A stretch of DNA of 64,000 bases from Hydrolagus affinis (taxonomy: Eukaryota), in NCBI GenBank assembly GCA_012026655.1, contig JAAILG010001584.1:1-64000 (forward strand). Reading direction: 5' to 3'. Shown here piece by piece: positions 11,341-21,577 of this stretch. The translations under genes and the position numbers were made by a program. The notes below the pieces were generated by a model. That model saw nothing but the letters and a program-made list of their open reading frames with translations. It was not told the DNA's origin and made no database searches. How positions within the stretch are numbered: the first letter of the stretch is position 1; every line of letters begins with the position of its first letter.

Positions 11341-14300
11341 GTGAGTGACTGTCCAGGTGTGTGGAGGTCCAGGTGTGTCCAGCCTTGTTGTCCCGTCTTC
11401 TCCTTGTGACTCGTTCTGCAGCTTTGGATCCACAGGAACAGGACTGGGCCATTCAGCCCCTCCAGCCTGCTCCGCCGTTCTCTCTCTCTCTCTCTCTCTC
11501 GCGGGATCCACGGCTGATCCGCGCCCCTCAAGCCCCAAAATAATAATAATAATAATAATCCTTGCATTTGATATAACGCTTTCCACATCTTACCAACGTC
11601 CCAAAGCGCTTCACAGAATATACTGTAAAGTGAATTGACTGTATATTTGTGGGCGAATCGCGGCAGCCAATTGCGCACAGCAGTGTCCCACACACAGTCG
11701 TGGGTTGAAATGACCAATTTTATTATTGTGTTTTTTTGGAGGGATTATTATTAGGCGTGTGGAGTAAGGAAACTTGCCCAAGGTTTCGCCCTGACCTGTC
11801 TGGATTCGAACACAGGTCTCCCCAGCTTGGTCTCCCCAGCTTGCAAGACAAGTGCTCGAACCACTGAGCCACAGGATCTCCATGATCCGCCTCTGGTCCC
11901 CCTCCCCACCCGTGTCATACAGTAATTATTAGCCCCTTGACAGTTAATAGGAGACGTCTAGAACAGTTGAACGTCAACAAAGCAGGAGGCATATACTCTT
12001 TGGCTCCCGTCAACATCCTCTGTCCCATGGTGTCAACCATCTCCAACTACCCAACTTGTCCTTAAAACTCTACAAACCCAAGCGCAACTTATGCATCCGG
12101 TTGAAAATCCCCAGTTATTCTTCCTCCCACACATCTGGTCCCTGACCAGCATCGCCTTCTTCCATCTCTGCCACGTTGCCGTCTGCGTCAACACCTCACC
12201 CCCAAGAGCTGCCGAAACCGTTGTTCGTGGCGTTGTCACCTCTCCGCTGAACTACCCTAATGACCACCTCACGGTCTCCCCTTCTCCACCATTCACAAAA
12301 TTCAGCTCGTCCAAAACTCCGCTGGCCGCACCAAACTTCATACCCTGATTACCTCAGCGTTTGCCAAACTCCACTGGCTCTCTAAAATTTAGATCGAGTT
12401 AAAAATTCTCACTCTAGTGTTTAAATTATTTAATTCCTTGGCACCCCTTGTCACTCTAACCTCCTCTCTTCTGTACCCGCTGCCTCCGCTCTACTGGGTC
12501 CGGCCTCCTCTTTGTTCCCCGAATCCTCGCCATCGGCAGCCGTGCTTTCAGCCACAATGCTCCCAAACTTTGGGTCTTGAACGAGGCAAGGCTGAGGGCC
12601 AATGCCCAGGGTAAAAGTTGCTGTATAAATGCAGGTTGTTGTTGATCTGATAGGCAAGCAGACAGTAGATCAGTGGATCTGGAATCAAAAGTGGAAGTGA
12701 TGTAGATTTTTAAATCATCTGCTTACAAATCATCTGACTTCCAACTCAGTTTACTAGGGCAAGTAATGTTTCCTCTTAATGTTTTCCTCAGATCACATTG
12801 GATTGTTGACCGCATTTGCACATGCCTAGATATGTGCAGGAATAGATAGAAGTTTCAATATCAGGAGGCATAAAAGCTCCCAAGTTCAGATTTTCCCAGC
12901 AGTGGAGAATGCAAATTCTACATTTGAATTTTCATACTAATATCCTAAAACTTAATTTGCATCTTGGCTCATTGTGTGTGCAAGTCACTGTTCAAACTGA
13001 CTGCTTATAGTGTCTTTTGGGAAATTAGTTTGGAGGTGACCCATATAGAGAGAGGTTTCCAATAAAACAGCCCTATAACTTCAGGCAGTTAGGTCCCGTA
13101 TACTATCAGGTTCAATAACACTTCTCCTGTTTGCTCTCTGCATGATGTTTGGGGTTGAACACAAAATTCTGTTCAAACAATTTTTTTGGTTCAGTAAAAA
13201 TCTCAGCACTTGTTATGATAAGTTGGTATAATTGTTATGTCAAAGTGAATCCAATAAACTAACACTGCTTTGAAACGTACAGTAATAACAACTGTTAGAC
13301 ATAACCAATTATTCTGTTTGATTGTAAATTTGAATGTAGGAGGAATATTGTAGGAATACTCTGTGCTCTTTAAAAATAGTGCCATTGAAAGGTTCTATCT
13401 AAACCTAAATCACTCTGGAAATCCACCCCCACAGGACTTCACCTCGCTTCCTCCCTTTCCTCCTTCAAGGCTGATTTCAAGACCCTCCTTTTCGATCGTG
13501 CCTTCTGCCACCCTCCCAACTATCTCCTTCCCCTCTACCATGCCCTTCCCCTGTACTCGGGTCCCAACCCCTGACTGTTCAACAACTTGGGATGTCCTCC
13601 CCACGTGAAAGGCGTTCTATAAATGTAATTTTTGTTGTAAACCACTGACAGATTATACAAGTGTCATTTTGTTGTTGTGGTTGAAGAATGTTTTTTCCCA
13701 TTTCAGATGTTTGGGGTGGAGGTGATTTGGCAATAGCTTGTGTGGCCAATATTCTGAAAGTTTTTGGAAAGGACCCTCATTAATTATTATTTATTATTAT
13801 TCATCATTATGATTATTAAAAAAAAATGCAGCAAGTTTTTGAGAGAGAAAGAAAGGGGTTATTGGATATCTCTTTCAAAGTGTCGGCATGGGTAGGATGG
13901 GCCGAATGACCTCTTTCTGGGGCTGTAAGATTCTATGATTCTATTTCCTAGGTCGATAATGTTTAAGGGGGAAGGAATTGCTTACCAATGGGAAGTGTGC
14001 TTAAGCTTAAACTATTACTGTTCAGTCACGCCCAGTGTGGTTTCCTCTTAGCATTGTTCGTCAAATAAAACTTAGTTTCTGCTTTCGAGCTGCTAGCCAG
14101 AAATCTCTTCTCCCAAATCTAGGACCCTCTTGTTTTGTTTTGCAAATGATATTTAAGATGTTTCATTAGGAATTCTTTCAATCACAACTTAAAATCATCA
14201 GGAGAATTAGCCGTTATGATTTTAATATGGGTGATATTAATAGAAATAGTGTTTTTTTTTCTCCCTACAGACATTTTCCAGGATGTGGGAACATAGTGAC

Positions 14301-17300
14301 TTTTGCACAATTCCTATTTATAGCTCTGGAAGGCTTGATTTTCGAAGCTAATTTCTTCAGGAAGCCTCGAATCATTCCATTCAGGTACGTTAGCATGGCA
14401 GGGGGTGAAGGGGAGGGAGAGTGTTGGAGTAGAGGTTGAAGGGGCATAGGGCATAGGAACAAAGTTATCCATGTTTGAAGACACCCCACTTTGACCATAT
14501 CTTTGGCCACCTTACTACCACTACCCACCATGGCTTCCACTGCTGATCCCAATCACTAGCTCGGGTCCAAATCCCTGACAGTCCAGTGTCTTGGGATGTC
14601 CTCCACATGTGAAAGGCACTATACACAAATATCATTTTTTGTTGTTGAGAGCACTAGCCAATTAAGCCTGGCTGACTAATCTGCTGTATCCAGTGTTATG
14701 GTAAATCACTGCTGGGGCTGGATGCGAATGCTTCTCTCAATGCTTTACTGAATTGTTTTCTAACTAAGGTTTATATAGATTGTATGGCATGGAAACGGCC
14801 CAGTAGGCACGGTCGATTGTAGGCACGGTCGAAGAGGAAGATTTTCAGGCGCTACCTGAAGATGGAGGAAGGAAGGGGCAAAGCGGAAGACACAAATTAG
14901 TTTAATTCTACTCTTATCTTTCCTATCTTCCTCCCTAGAAATTACGTGGTTATGGTGACCATGTTTTTTGCCGTAAGCGTGATCAACAATTACGCCCTCA
15001 ACTTCAATGTCCCGATGCCGCTGCATATGATCTTCAGATCGGTAAGTAGCAGCCACTCACTAAAGTGGGTTTCATCTTTCAATCTACAAATCTATCTGAG
15101 CAAGCTTGATTCAGTGATGAGGGGACAGTAGGGCGGGTGTTCTGGAGCAATGAGAAAAGATGGGCCAAAGAACTTTCTTCATTCAGATCGATCTTGTGAT
15201 ACTCTCCTCACAGAGTAGTGCCATCTCCCAGCTTGCCTTACCAATTTAGGAATCAGTATTGATTTCTGCAACAGGAAGGAGACACAATAACAAAAATTCA
15301 GGTGTAGTCCTGTTGGTACATTTAGGTAGCTGCCATTGCAATTTTCCTCCAGATTCCGTCAAAGTATTGAATTGTGACGCTATGGGAATTCCTGAAGTTT
15401 TTCCTAATTGTTTTGGAGAATCAAAAAGTAGGAATGTGGTAGTGACCAACCTTGTTGAGTTTCTATCCTACTATTAATGTTGGGATGCAGTGTTGAACAG
15501 ATTGTGATGTGGGGAAGGAGCGTCAAATGGCCTTTTGTTCATTTGTATTTTTGTTCTGTTCTGGGCACTCAATCTGTTAATATTCAGTAATTAGACTTGT
15601 ATGAATATTGGTCGCTTAGGTGGGGTACCAGGAAGACCAGTCAGTGCCCAGAAACACTTAAATGATATATATTATACTATAATATGTATTGTGATTGTAT
15701 TGTAATCACTGCCTCGAGCAGAGAGTGTGAGGTGGAGGAAATTTTAAAACGAATTAGATTTTTAATTGGCCAACATATCTGAGGCATTCAATTTTTCATG
15801 GTCTTAATTTAAGACCGTTGTATGTAGATTTTCATAGAATTATACAGCACAGAAGGAGACCATTCGGCCCATCGTGTCTGTGAAAGATCTTACAGAATTT
15901 AGGAACAAATTTCAAATTGACCTTGATTTGGAAGTATTTTTTCCGCTGATCATTATTAAGAGCCACAGGAAAGCAGCTTGTAAATTGAGACTGAAGTTGA
16001 GATTTTTTTCCAAAATGCTTTTAGTTCCTTGCCTCTGAAAGTCAATGAGGAAAAAAGGAAAAAAAACATGAAACGCACTTGACATCCGTTTTGTCTTCCA
16101 GGGCTCGTTGATAGCCAGTATGATCCTTGGGATTGTAATACTGAAGAAGAGGTTAGTTATTTTGTCTTGTGTACATTATGTGTATGGACCTTGATTTGTT
16201 CCAGCCAACACCAAATTTGGTCATTCATGCAATCGGCCGCTGCATTTCGCCAATAAAATACACAGCCAATCCATTTTACAATACATTCTGTGAACCATTT
16301 TGAGACGTCCCAACAATGTGATAAGGCGCTATATTCAATGCAAGGATTATTAAAGCACTCCAAGATGATGCCCTCTTGAATAATGTAACTATTACATGTA
16401 ACTATGAAAGTTGTTGTCGTTCAGCAGCTATGTAAATGTGTATCAAATCTTTTATTGAGTACTTATTTCTTATTTCTATCTCCTCCTTTCCTCAACAGAT
16501 ATTCAATGGAAAAGTACATCTCAATAATCTTGATCTCTGTGGGGATTTTTATCTGTACCATAATGTCTGCCAAACAAGTGGTAAGAATTTTTGTTATTTT
16601 TGCATTTCCACTGTATTTAGAGTTATCTTTCTAATATTTGTTTTACAGAACGGGATAGATCAGAAGCACAGAAATGGGTCATTCAGTCTTTCAAGTCCCA
16701 TTATAGCATTGGTCAGACCTCATTTGAAATATTGCATTTAACTTTGGACGCACAATCTTACTGGTCTGTTGAGTGTCCAACGATGGTTCATTGCAAAATA
16801 CCTGGAAAGTTGGTGCTGAATGAGCTATAATGAGACGGTGAGTGGCTATTCCTTAGAGAAGACAAAATTAATTTAGGGTGATTTAATTGAGCTGTTTAGA
16901 ATGATGAAAAGAATTAACAGTCAAATGAACTATGACTTGCCCCCACCTGGCTTCAAAACCCACCTCAAGATCAATAGTCGCTACAATTTACAGTAAATTC
17001 TGTGAAGCACTTTGGGAACGCCTCCTGATGTGAAATTTGCAGTATTAAACTATTATTTCTCTTAACATTCTGCGGATATGTCATGTTATACATTTCAGTC
17101 ATCGATTGAGGAGGATGATCGCAGCTTGATATACTGGCTGATTGGTAAGGAAACTAATTTCTATGGACTTCATCAGTTTTTCTGTGCAAGTCGAGCGAAA
17201 CTGTACAGTGTGTCTCAGGATAACTTAAGGCTATCTAATGTAGTTTGCTTGGGTTATGGTTGGCACCTTTGGATAGAACACTGCAACACAGTAACAATAT

Positions 17301-19558
17301 GGTAAAAGTCTTATAAGTCTTACGCCTTTCCAGGTCCCATCTGAGAAGTCTTCAATGTTACATTGATTGATAGATAGCCTGTTAGTATTATTACAGTGAA
17401 AGCCCATTTATCCGGCACCCTCGGGACCTGGCCAATGCCGGTTAAAGCGCGTGCTGGATATTCGGCCGAAAGCACACACACCAAAAAAAATTCCAAAGAA
17501 ATTATGCATTTTTCCGGATAAATTCCGGTTAATCGAATGCGGACCTTTTTTTTTGAGGTGCCGGTTATATGGAAATTATGGTTGATCGGGTCACGGATAA
17601 ACGTGCTTTTACTGTAATATGGTCATGTTTTTCATTTCACCCTCTATCTTCTACCGCCCCCACTATAGGTATTGGTATGCTGACATTTGCACTTTTCATG
17701 TCGGCGAGAATGGGAGTCTTTCAGGAGACCATCTATAAGGAGCATGGCAAACACTCCAAGGAAGCCATGTTTTACAATGTGAGTATCCCGTTTACACTCC
17801 GCCCCCATTACCACTCTCAAGTGACGAGAGCGGGAAGTCACGCGAGCAGCCAATTTTTGGGTGTCAGTTGGGTGGCTGGGTGCCTGACACATGCGGAAAC
17901 CCATCACCGTGCCTAAGAGTATCCAAATCAAGCCGAGAATTCTATATATCCCACCCACACATGGAAATCCCAGATATATGTTGTTGGAATGGAATGCGCA
18001 CTCTCTCCCTGGATGGACCCTTTCTGCTTACAACACACACTAACAAACAATTGCACTTATATAGCGCCTTTCACGTCGGGAGGACGTCCCAAAGCGCTGA
18101 GCAGTCTGGTCAGGACCTGAGCAGGGTGTGAGGGGCGGGGCGGGGGTAGGGGAAGGAGAGTGGGAAGAGTTAGTGGGGCAGCTGAAGTATTACCTAAGTA
18201 TTTACAATTTGCATCTGAAGTTACAGTGATAACAGTGTAGTGGCTGCTGGTCGGAGTTGGGCATGTATAATTTATAATGTATAATTTACCGCCATGGTTT
18301 GTAAACTTCCCTCTCACTCTCTCTCCATCCAGCACTTCCTACCGTTGCCGGCGTTTCTCCTCTTTACCTCTGATATTCACAAACACGCAGTCCTCTTCAG
18401 TCAGTCAGGTGAGTCCTGTTCTTTTGAGGTAAAATGATTTGTACAATAACTTTGATGTTGGGTTAATTGAAAGTGGGGGAAGTATAGCAATAGTCCACAT
18501 CACAAGTCTGATCAGTCTAAGCTGATCTAAGTCGTACATCTGCACAAGTTCCTTTCAAGAGTTTATATCCTATGCAAGTTTGATGTAACTCCTATTTTGT
18601 ATGAATCATATTAAGCGTATGGTCTCAACTGATATGACTCGTGTGAGGTTCACTGTATTCTGATGGGATATTTTGTCTGTGCAGAGCCAATGGAGCTACC
18701 ATTGCTGGGAATAACGGTACCAATCATGTGGTTCTACCTGATGTTGAATGTTCTGACTCAGTATCCTTTCAATGTGCAACATCAGCGATTTTGTCCGTGG
18801 GAGAAATTGATATTTTCCATTTCCCGAAACTCTGTCTCTGCTCCATCCATCTCTACAAGAGGTGAAAACTACTTTTTACCCCCTCTTTCCTCTCCTCGAC
18901 TAAACCTCTTTAACCTCGGGAACGGAGAACAATGATAGTGCTCTGATCATGATTGAAGCTGAGATCTTTCTAGCCGTGTGGCTAAACCCACATTTCTACT
19001 GTGCATTTGCCAGTGATTGGCAGAGTTAACCCTGACATCAGCAGAGCACACAGGGTTACATGACTGGCATGACTCAGTCTCACTCAGTCTATTTTCCATA
19101 AACCTCTGGGTTGTTCATCCCCTTTTAATTGTATAAGGCTTGGTTAGAGGGGAGAGGCTTGAGATGGGCCTTAAAGGAGGCGAAGGGTCTGGTGGCAGAA
19201 AGGTTGCTGGTCAGACCAAAGTTGGTGGGGCAGGCCGGAGCCCGCCGAGCGGAAGGAGTGGACAGGTAGGTGTGGAAGTACGTAGTCATTCATTCCTTAA
19301 CGGACCCTCCTCAGATATGTCTGCATCCGCGGTGTTTTTATTCTGACGACTGAGTGCACATCGCTGACTGTCACGCTGCTGGTGACCCTGCGCAAGTTCA
19401 TCAGCCTCATCTTCTCCATCATTTACTTTGAGAACCCCTTCACCCTCTGGCACTGGCTCGGTACCGCGGTGGTGTTTGTTGGCACCCTGATGTACACCGA
19501 GGTTTGGGGACATTTCAGGACTCTGTTTGGAGTACGCACGAAAGTAAAGGACAAATAG
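11264..19558 (+). CDS. SLC35B4: Solute carrier family 35 member B4 (UDP-xylose/UDP-GlcNAc nucleotide-sugar transporter), complete 10-exon CDS, 325 aa
   Basis: Exons 11264-11340, 14271-14384, 14939-15041, 16102-16151, 16499-16580, 17099-17144, 17669-17778, 18333-18408, 18685-18760, 19315-19558 total 978 nt. All introns are GT-AG and in phase. Protein MHPGFAVALVFTGCTSNVVFLELLVRHFPGCGNIVTFAQFLFIALEG...PMPLHMIFRSGSLIASMILG...SLTVTLLVTLRKFISLIFSIIYFENPFT...KVKDK* recognised as SLC35B4. It lies tail to tail with LRGUK, as I recall for human 7q33. Confidence 0.97.
12090..12645 (+). mobile_element. Older L2 LINE 3' fragment
   Basis: Decayed L2 motifs (cagctcgtccaaaactccgctg, cactggctc, gctttcagccac) ending in ataaatgcaggttgttgttg. 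Confidence 0.8.
14271..14384 (+). CDS. SLC35B4: SLC35B4 exon 2
   Basis: ctccctacag| HFPGCGNIVTFAQFLFIALEGLIFEANFFRKPRIIPF |gtacgt. Confidence 0.95.
14939..15041 (+). CDS. SLC35B4: SLC35B4 exon 3
   Basis: ccctag| NYVVMVTMFFAVSVINNYALNFNVPMPLHMIFRS |gtaagt. Confidence 0.95.
16102..16151 (+). CDS. SLC35B4: SLC35B4 exon 4
   Basis: ttccag| GSLIASMILGIVILKK |gttagt. Confidence 0.95.
16499..16580 (+). CDS. SLC35B4: SLC35B4 exon 5
   Basis: caacag| YSMEKYISIILISVGIFICTIMSAKQV |gtaaga. Confidence 0.95.
17099..17144 (+). CDS. SLC35B4: SLC35B4 exon 6
   Basis: tttcag| SSIEEDDRSLIYWLI(G) |gtaagg; phase 0 to 1 fits both neighbours. Confidence 0.9.
17394..17614. mobile_element. Tc1/mariner (pogo/Tigger-type) MITE in SLC35B4 intron 6
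   Basis: TA|CAGTGAAAGCCCATTTATCCG ... CGGATAAACGTGCTTTTACTG|TA; same family as 49504-49867, opposite orientation. Confidence 0.88.
17669..17778 (+). CDS. SLC35B4: SLC35B4 exon 7
   Basis: ctatag| IGMLTFALFMSARMGVFQETIYKEHGKHSKEAMFYN |gtgagt. Confidence 0.95.
18333..18408 (+). CDS. SLC35B4: SLC35B4 exon 8
   Basis: atccag| HFLPLPAFLLFTSDIHKHAVLFSQS |gtgagt. Confidence 0.95.
18685..18760 (+). CDS. SLC35B4: SLC35B4 exon 9
   Basis: gtgcag| PMELPLLGITVPIMWFYLMLNVLT(Q) |gtatcctt (U12 donor). Confidence 0.95.
18761..19314 (+). other. U12-type (minor spliceosome) GT-AG intron of SLC35B4
   Basis: 5' splice site GTATCCTTT at 18761; consensus branch point TTCCTTAAC at 19293-19301, followed by 13 nt ending in AG. 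Confidence 0.93.
19315..19558 (+). CDS. SLC35B4: SLC35B4 exon 10 (last coding exon)
   Basis: cctcag| YVCIRGVFILTTECTSLTVTLLVTLRKFISLIFSIIYFENPFTLWHWLGTAVVFVGTLMYTEVWGHFRTLFGVRTKVKDK*; TAG at 19556-19558. Confidence 0.95.
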
Positions 19559-21571
19559 GCTTCCCGTCATTTTGTTGAACTGAGTCTTGACGGGCGAACA
19601 GAGACTCGGGTGGGGTTCGCTGGTCACTGTTAATTCTTTCCCTTTCAGAAATGTCAAAGTGACAGCCCAAACAAATGAACTAAGGTACAGAAACAGGTTT
19701 TGAAAAGGACTGGAGAAGTAAGCTTCCTGTGATGTTTCAGCAAGTATAAAGGATTATTACTTGGGTTTCTATGGGTAATAATCTCTTAAAATAATAATAA
19801 TAATTCAGTTGCTTAGTCCATGGCTGTGGGACATTGCTGTCCGTAACTGGCTGCCAAGTTTTGTCCACAAAATATACAGTCAATTCACTTTACAGTATAT
19901 TCAAAGACGTGATGAGGCACTTTATCAAATGCAAGGATTATTAGTATTTATTGTGATGTTCCAGGGGATTGGGTTGTTCAGTGGATTAGAAAGTGCTAAA
20001 ATGTGGCGGTTTTTAAGTTTTTAAGGAATCTGATTTGCGCAAACTGTTCTGGTAACCAGAAATATCTCACATCACACAGACTGACCCACATTCACATGTT
20101 GCTCATGTAGACTCACTCCTTTACTGTAGTCTTTGTCTGAATATTTGCTGCTACCACCAAGATGTGCTTTGAGCTCACAGTCAAGGCTGAAATTTTACTG
20201 CATTTCGCTCACAAAACATATGGTCAATTCACTTTCAGATGGCTGTTAAAGCTATTTGAAAACAGAAGGAATTTTCTCCCTTTGTTCTGGTCAACCATCC
20301 CCCAGATGAAGTTAGTTATGCATTGGAACATTAATGTGCACAAATTGACTTGCAACATTTGCTTACAAAAATAGAATCACACCTTTTATTGTAAGCAAAA
20401 TAATAGATTATTCAATCCATGACTATTTATGGATCGTTGCTATGCACAACTGGCTGCCACATTTCACCTACAAAACACACAGTTAATCTATAGTATGTCC
20501 TGTGAGTGACATCTCACCAACGTGATAAAATGCGGTGGTGGGCGAGGGTGGGTAATGGGGGAGCGGGGAAAAACACTTGAGATTTTTCTCCTCTTCAAAC
20601 TTCTTAAATGCAGACGGGATAAAGTCACTGAATTACAGCAGAAACCTGAAGTGAAGTGCTTTGAGACGTCTTAATCAATTGATAATGTGATATATAAAAT
20701 GTCAGGATTGTTATTATTATTCCTCCTGTTCCACTTTCCATTACTGTTGCAAATTGGCTTCTACTTTTGTCTGCAAGTAACAATCATGACACAGTAAATT
20801 CTGGGAAGACCTTTGAATGGCTTGGAAGAAATCACAGCAAAGGAAATTCAGAACCAAACCTCCGTTCTCAAACTCTGTCTGACTAGCAATTCGTAAGCTG
20901 GGAAGAACTTGAAAACGCAAATTGACTGACAGACAATTTGCTCGGCTTTTTAACAGGGACTTTGCAACTTGGGACTGAAGACCGTGAAGTTTGAAATTCA
21001 TTTGTGAGTTGCAGTTAATACAAAGCATCTGTGTGCCACACCTCTCTTTACTAACAACAACTAAATTATATTTGTATAGCGCTGTGCGGAGGACGTCCCG
21101 AGGCCCTGGAAAGTCAGTGTTTTTGACCCGAGCTGGGGTCGGGATCGGGGAAGGTGGAGGAAAAGGGAGGGGAAGGTTTTGTTGTTGTTTGTTACTAGCA
21201 TTTAGAATTCTGTGAGCATTCAATACACTCCCACCTGTAAGTCATCAAGAGATCATTCAACTTCACTTTGGTCTCTTGTTCTGTACCTGTTTATATGTAC
21301 TGTAGTAGTATAGATATTAATGTTCAACCTTGGATTCCTACTTTATAACTGAGGATTCTCCTCCAGTACACAGTGTAATTTCTTACCTCAATATAAAGTT
21401 TGTACCTCAATTTAAAAAGTTGTCGTTTGTCAGCTTTTCTGTTGGATGTAATCTATAAGATGATCATTATGGCTGGATGGGCAACAGTTTGTGGTGTGCT
21501 TCATTGTAAAGTCTTCGCAATCCCACTCTTTATAGAATGTGTCTGAATAAGACGAACCTTTTGTTGCCTTG

Positions 21572-21577
21572 AATAAA
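21572..21577 (+). terminator. Candidate SLC35B4 polyadenylation signal (further AATAAA at 23887 and 23924)
   Basis: AATAAA at the end of an AT-rich, UTR-like unique stretch; usage cannot be determined from DNA alone. Confidence 0.4.

Larger units (their letters stand above)
10995..11345. promoter_or_regulatory. CpG-rich SLC35B4 promoter with ZNF143/THAP11-type ACTACAnnTCCC motifs, NRF1 sites, GC box and CCAAT
   Basis: TGGGAGTTGTAGTC 11001-11014 (reverse), ACTACAACTCCCGGCGTGCA 11041-11060, ACTACATCTCCCGGCGTGCAC 11114-11134; GCATGCGCA 11079-11087 and GCGCATGCGT 11141-11150; GGGCGGGG ~11063; ATTGG 11016-11020; clear local CpG enrichment. Confidence 0.85.

Noticed and set aside
10876-11717. Cluster of overlapping ORFs of about 60-137 aa around the promoter
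   Set aside because: GC-rich island plus microsatellites and SINEs; only 11264-11340 is real coding sequence
20741-21223. 160-aa minus-strand ORF in the SLC35B4 3' region
   Set aside because: Partly an L2 tail, with no homology or splice support
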